Part shown: piece by piece, positions 58,401-64,000 of the stretch
Layout of the letters: each line of letters begins with the position of its first letter
Position numbering within the stretch: position 1 is the first letter of the stretch
Assembly: GCA_964016885.1 (NCBI GenBank)
Contig: OZ024765.1
Span: 15,252,001-15,316,000, forward strand
From: Eledone cirrhosa
Taxonomy: Eukaryota
Reading direction: 5' to 3'
Length of the DNA stretch: 64,000 nucleotides
Translations under genes and position numbers: made by a program
The notes under the pieces: generated by a model
Told to the model about the DNA's origin: nothing
The model's input: the letters and a program-made list of their open reading frames with translations, nothing else
Database searches by the model: none

Positions 58401-58869
58401 ATCATTAGTAGCAGTAGCAGCAGTAGTAGTAGTAGTAGTAGCAGTAGTAGCAGTAGTAGTAGTAGTAGTAGTAGTAGTAGCAATAGTACAGTAGTAGCGG
58501 TAGCAATAGTACAGTAGTAGTAGCATCAGTAGTAGTAGCAGTAGTAGTAGTAGTAGCAGTAGTAGGAGTAGTAGTAGTATTATTAGTAGTAGCAATATTA
58601 ATATTAGCAGCAGTAGTAGTAGTAGTAGTAGCAATAGTACAGTAGTAACAGTAGCAATAGTACAGTAGCAGTAGTAGTAGTAGTAGTAGTAGCAGTATTA
58701 GTAGTAGTAGTGCTACTATGCATACAGCCATTTTCCGTTATCTAGAAGCTATTGTTTATTAATAATATAATATGTCATTACTTCTCACCTTATCAATAGT
58801 TTTTTGTTTATGTTCAGTTTTGTTTATTTAGTGTCATGAATTATTGTTCTAGTCTCCAGCTGATAACAT

Positions 58870-59915
58870 GTCGTGGATGCTGCAGGCTTCCCCTCCATCT
58901 CGTATTGGTGGGGTTGGACCGAGGGGACGGCAAAATGCCAGACGGCATCACTATCATCCAGTTCCGTGGTGGTAAACCACTCATCTGGGATGCCATATAC
59001 AGCGACAACCCGCTGCAGTCTGCGACTAACCCAGGCTTTGCTACACTTCGGGCCGAGGAGGGTAAACTCGCCAAATATCTGTCGCTCTCCAAAACGTTTG
59101 TGGTCGAGCCCGTAGCAGTGGAGACTTCTGGAGTTCTTGGCCCTAGGACTACCTTCCTACTTACCACCATTAGCACAGAGTTGGCTACCTGTAGCGGTGG
59201 AGACTTCTGGAGTCTTTGGCCCTAGGACTACCTTCCTACTCACTACCATCGGCACAGAGTTGGCTACCTGTAGCAGTGGAGACTTCTGGTGTCCTTGGCC
59301 CTAGGACCACCTCCCTAGTCACCACCATCAGCACAGAGTTGGTTACCTGCATTAGTGGAGACTTCTGGTGTCCTTGGTCCCAGGACCACCACCCTAACCA
59401 CTACCATCACCACAGAGTTGGTTACCTGTAGCAGTGGAGACTTCTGGTGTCCTTGGCCCTAGGACCACCTCCCTAGTCACCACCATCGGCACAGTTGGTT
59501 ACCTGCATTAGTGGAGACTTCTGGTGTCCTTGGTCCCAGGACCACCACCCTAACCACTACCATCACCACAGAGTTGGTTACCTGTAGCAGTGGAGACTTC
59601 TGGTGTCCTTGGTCCCAGGACCACCACCCTAACCACTACCATCACCACAGAGTTGGTTACCTGTAGCAGTAGAGACTTCTGGTGTCCTTGGCCCTAGGAC
59701 TACCACCCTACTCACCACCATCGGCACAGAGTTGGTTACCTGCATCAGTGGAGACTTCTTGTGACCTTGGCCCCAGGACCACTACCCTATTCACCACCAT
59801 CCAAACAGAGTTGGCTTCCCGCAGGTGTGAATCTCGTGAGCTGGAATGGCTCTTTCTTCGCCTCTCCCTCACCATTCTCCGGAGAAACGCTTTCTCTATT
59901 CTTTCCGCCGGGGCC
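58870..59915 (+). pseudogene. CRE-clade non-LTR retrotransposon RLE domain, interrupted by a 79-bp x 9 internal array (59110-59820)
   Basis: GLDRGDGKMPDGITI..RGGKPLIWD...AEEGKLAKY...PVAVETSGVLG...LFLRLSLTILRRNAFSIL matches the CRE-type endonuclease pattern. Confidence 0.8.
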
Positions 59916-60524
59916 ACGGGGCGGCCAACGGGTTGGCACGCTTTTGCTTATAATAGTGAGGGATGGGCGTGAGTGAAAGAGAAAACAACATCAACACACG
60001 CACGCACTTGATAAGACAACGATAGATGACAGCACACACCATCTTTTGATATTGAGGTTGTACTTGCTGTATTTATTTGCACCTGTATTTTTACATTTAT
60101 CAGCCTGTCTGTTCTGAGTCGAATGCTCATGAGACGGGTGCTTATCTCTGGTTTACTTGGAGTTTAAGTGACTGAGATTACAAGACTGCCTGGGTAGGAC
60201 ACCAGTCTGACGCAGGAATAAAGTCTGTCACGATACCGGAGATTCAACAAGCAAGTGTTTATACCAGTAATGTACTGGGGTTGATTTAATTGACTTTCCC
60301 CTGCCGCCAAATTACTGAGCTTGTGCCTAAATCAGAAACCCTTATTATCCCATCTAGGTTAACTCCGCCTTTCATCCTTACGTGGTCGATAACATAGAGT
60401 ACCAGTAATACACTGGTATAATTGCTGGCCTTGTGCCAAAAGTAGAAACCTTTATTATTATTATTGACATCTTAAAAGAATCAATGTTGTTATTGATTTT
60501 GCCTTTGGTCTAAGTCTTTTAATG

Positions 60525-62600
60525 TAGCAGCAGTAATAGTAGTAGTAGTAGTAGTGGTGGTAGTGGTGGTGGTCGTAGTGGTGGTGGTAGTAGTGTTGGT
60601 GGTTTTAGAGGTAGTAGTAGTAGTGGTGGTGGTTGTAGAGGTAGTAGTAGTAGTGGTAGTGGTGGTGGTGGTAGATGTAATAGTAGTAGTGGTGGTGGTG
60701 GTTGTAGTGGTAGTAGTGGTGGTGGTCGAGGTAGTAGTAGTAGTGGTAGTAGTGTTGGTGGTTGTAGAGGTAGTAGTTATAGTAGTGGTTGTAGTGGTTG
60801 AGGTTGTAGTGGTAGTAGTGGTGGTGATAGCGGTAGTAGTAGTGGTAGTTGTAGAGGTAGTAGTAGTAGTGGTGGTGGTAGAGGTAGTAGTAGTTCTCTT
60901 TAACTCCGTCGTGGCCATTTTTGTTGTTCATCTTTTTCTTGTCTCCGCCATTGCTGTTATTGATTTTATTATTATTATTATTGTCGTTGTCGTTGTTGTG
61001 ATAGACATTACACTGCTGTTGTCGTTGTTGTTGTTATCGCCATTATTACTGATGTTGTTGTTATCGTTATTGTTGTTGTTGTTGTTATCGCCATTATTAT
61101 TGTTGTTGTTGTTGTTGTTATCGTTATTATTGTTGTTGCTGCTGTTGTTGTTATCGCCATTATTATTGTTGTTGTTGTTATCGTTATTATTGTTGTTGTT
61201 GTTGTCGTTGTTGTTGTTATCGCCATTATTGTTGTTGTTGCTGTTGTTGTTGTTATCGCCATTATTGTTGTTGTTGCTGTTGTTGTTGTTATCGCCATTA
61301 GTTTTGTCGCCGCTGTTGTCGTTATCGTCATTATTGCTGTTGTTGTTCTTGTTGTTTTTGCGGCCATTATTGTTGTCGTAGTTGTTGTTGTTGCCGTCAT
61401 TATGGTTGTCGTTGTTGTTGTTGTTATCGTCATTATTGTTGTTGTTGTTCTTGTTGTTGTTGCGGCCATTATTGTTGTCGTAGTTGTTGCTGTTGCCGTC
61501 ATTATTGTTGTCGTTGCTGTTGTCGTTATCGTCATTATTGTTGTCGTTGTTCTTGTTGTTGTTACCGTCATTATTGTTGTCGTTGTTGTTGTTGTTATCG
61601 TCATTATCGTTGTCGTTGTTGTTGTTGTTACCGCCATTATTGTTGTCGTCGCTGTTGTTGTTATCGTCTTTATTGTTGTTTGTGTTCTTGTTGTTATCGT
61701 CATTATTGTTGTTGTTGTTGTTCTTGTTTTTGTTATCGCTATTATTGTTGTGGATGATGTTGTTGTTGTCTGCAGTCAATGTCCTATTTACTATAGAAAT
61801 ATTAGATGTTGTTCTTCGTCCTATAGTTGCTATTGTATTGTGAACTTCTTTTAATGTGGGCTGTTGTTGTTAATGTCGTGACAGTTGTTGCTGCTGTTAT
61901 TGACATTTGTTGTTGTTATTGTTATCTGTGTTGCTGTTGTTGTTGTTGTTGTTGTCGTCCTGACGTTCTTTTGGCGTTGTCTTTGTTATTGTTGTTGTTG
62001 TTGTTGGTGCCATTACGATTTTTACCATTATTGTTGTTGTTGTTGATATTGTCATTTTCGTCTTTGCTGTCGCTGTTGCTGCTGTTGCTGTTGTTGTTGG
62101 TGGTGTTGTCATTACGATTTTTACCATTATTGTTGTTATTGTTGCTGTTTTTGCCTTTGTTGTTGTTGTTGTCATTGTGGTTTTGTCATTGCTGCCTATG
62201 TTGTTGTAATTGGTGTTGATGTTGTTGTTGTTATTGTGGTTTTCTCTTTGGCTGTTTTTGTTGATGGTGTTGTTGTTGGTGTTGCCATTGTGATTCTCAC
62301 CGTTGCTCTCTCTGTTGTTGCTAATGTTGTTGTTATTGCTACTGCTTATGCTGCTGCCGTTGTTGCTAATGTTGTTGTTTATGCCATTGTGATTTTCGCC
62401 GTTGCTGTCTTTGTTTTTGCTACTGCTCTTGATGGTCTTGTTGCTGTTGTTGTTGTTGGTGTTGTTTTTGTTGTTGATAATGTTCTTGTTGTTGTGGTCC
62501 TTGTTATTTTTGTCCTTGCTGTTTTTGTTGTCGCTATTGTTGTTGTTGTTGCTGTTCTTATTGTTGATATTGTTGTTTGTTGTGGTTGTTGTTGTTGTTT
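60525..62600. repeat. Degenerate trinucleotide tracts (GTA/GTG)n then (GTT)n; similar tracts at 36108-36550 and 58405-58712
   Basis: Direct 3-bp periodicity. Confidence 0.95.
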
Positions 62601-62831
62601 TCGTTACTATTCTTTCACAGTTTATCTGTGTTGCCATTTCAAAGACATTATTTGTTCATAATTGTCTCCGTCTTCAAGTCTTTATACTTGGTTTTATTTT
62701 GGATATTTCTTTTTCATTTTATCTGGATTATTTAATTATCTCTTTGTACATTTTTCTTACACAACCACACAAGCGCATACAAGCACACGCACACAAACAC
62801 ATAGAAACAAACAAACACAAACACAAACACT

Positions 62832-62896
<65 letters not shown>

Positions 62897-62915
62897 TTAT
62901 TCATTTGTACATTTC

Positions 62916-62971
<56 letters not shown>

Positions 62972-62974
62972 GGG

Positions 62975-63218
62975 GTTATATTTAATTTGTTGGGATTTAA
63001 CAAACTGAAAAATGTTTATAATTGATATAAAGCACTCAACAGTTGGTGGATTATATATACAATATATTAACAAATGAAAACTATATTTATAAAACCATAT
63101 TTATTTTATTATATATATTTCAATGGCAACGAAGGCAAATTATGATGCGCTTTCATCATTGAAATATATATAATAAAATAAATATGGTTTAATAAATATA
63201 GTTTCCATTTATTAATAT

Positions 63219-63226
<8 letters not shown>
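62975..63226 (-). mobile_element. Family C module with hammerhead truncated at the core (63102-63158) and an inverted terminal duplication
   Basis: UGAUGA-AAGCGCA...UGCcAUU-GAAAUAUAUAUA-AUAAAAUA; arms ~63056-63123 and 63159-63226. Confidence 0.7.
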
Positions 63227-63265
<39 letters not shown>

Positions 63266-63268
<3 letters not shown>

Positions 63269-63415
63269 GTATCGGTAGAGGATCGGACGACATGCTCTGC
63301 TGCAAAGAGTTACGGCCCTTTATGATCTGAGTTCAAATACCGGCAAGGTTACCTTTGCCTTTCATCCTTACGTGGTCGATATATAATCTACCAGTAATGC
63401 ACTGGGATAATTGCT
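63266..63415 (+). mobile_element. OK-like SINE
   Basis: Family consensus match. Confidence 0.8.
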
Positions 63416-63584
63416 CTCTTTGAGATCGGGGACCATAATCAGTTAGTGTTTTTGCACAGCTACGACTTTCTAAAAGTTTATATATAACATACCGTATTTC
63501 GTTTGAAATACGAAAGTACAACACGCGCACACATGCACGCACACACTCACACACTCTCTCTCACACGCACACGCACACACACAC

Positions 63585-63621
<37 letters not shown>

Positions 63622-63708
63622 GCCGTCCGGGTCGTCACTCTTTTCCTAAGTATCGAGTACCCTGCTGCGTTATGGCCCCCCCCCTGGTTCCTTACCACAC
63701 CTCTTCGT

Positions 63709-63790
<82 letters not shown>

Positions 63791-63794
<4 letters not shown>

Positions 63795-64000
63795 CAGCAG
63801 TACCCAGTGTTGCCTGGGTAGGTAAAATAATATCTGCTTTGATGAAAAGTTATTGATTCTAGCGAGTGCGAGTTTCTTGGAAATCGATCGCAAGGTGTAG
63901 CAAATGGCAAAATGTTGAGTGAAATCGTATGGAATATGTGGGAGGTAGAAAAATATCGTATTTTGAAGAGTTAAACAGCTGCCACGCAGTCCCTGAAGAA
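63791..64000 (+). mobile_element. Possible Helitron/HINE-like element start, cut by the window edge
   Basis: TAGCAGCAG followed by the hairpin TACCCAG-tgttgc-CTGGGTA right after (TA)n. Confidence 0.35.

Noticed and set aside
60490-62661. Poly-Asn/Thr/Val/Leu ORFs up to 283 aa
   Set aside because: Degenerate trinucleotide repeats open in several frames on both strands, with no domain or splice support.

Overview
AT-rich, repeat-dominated eukaryotic DNA, most likely from an octopod cephalopod. That assignment is an inference from recalled similarity of the SINEs to Octopus OK-type and OR2/CORE-type families, plus the very high (TA)n/(CA)n/(TACA)n load. Nearly all long ORFs in the supplied track are microsatellite artefacts. 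Recognisable content: many tRNA-derived SINEs, decayed RTE, R4/Dong and CRE-clade LINE fragments, a ~600-bp bipartite non-autonomous RTE derivative, and numerous local tandem arrays, several grown from inside retroelements. A few short plus-strand exon candidates may form one unidentified gene. The strongest unexplained signal is a dense set of type I hammerhead-ribozyme motifs (about 20 complete, truncated or decayed copies in roughly 8-9 sequence families). They sit in short non-coding modules in or next to (TA)n tracts, show compensatory stem changes between copies, and often form fold-back palindromes centred on the ribozyme. This fits Penelope-like pLTR remnants or retrozyme-like elements. 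All folds were paired by eye and no search or folding program was run.
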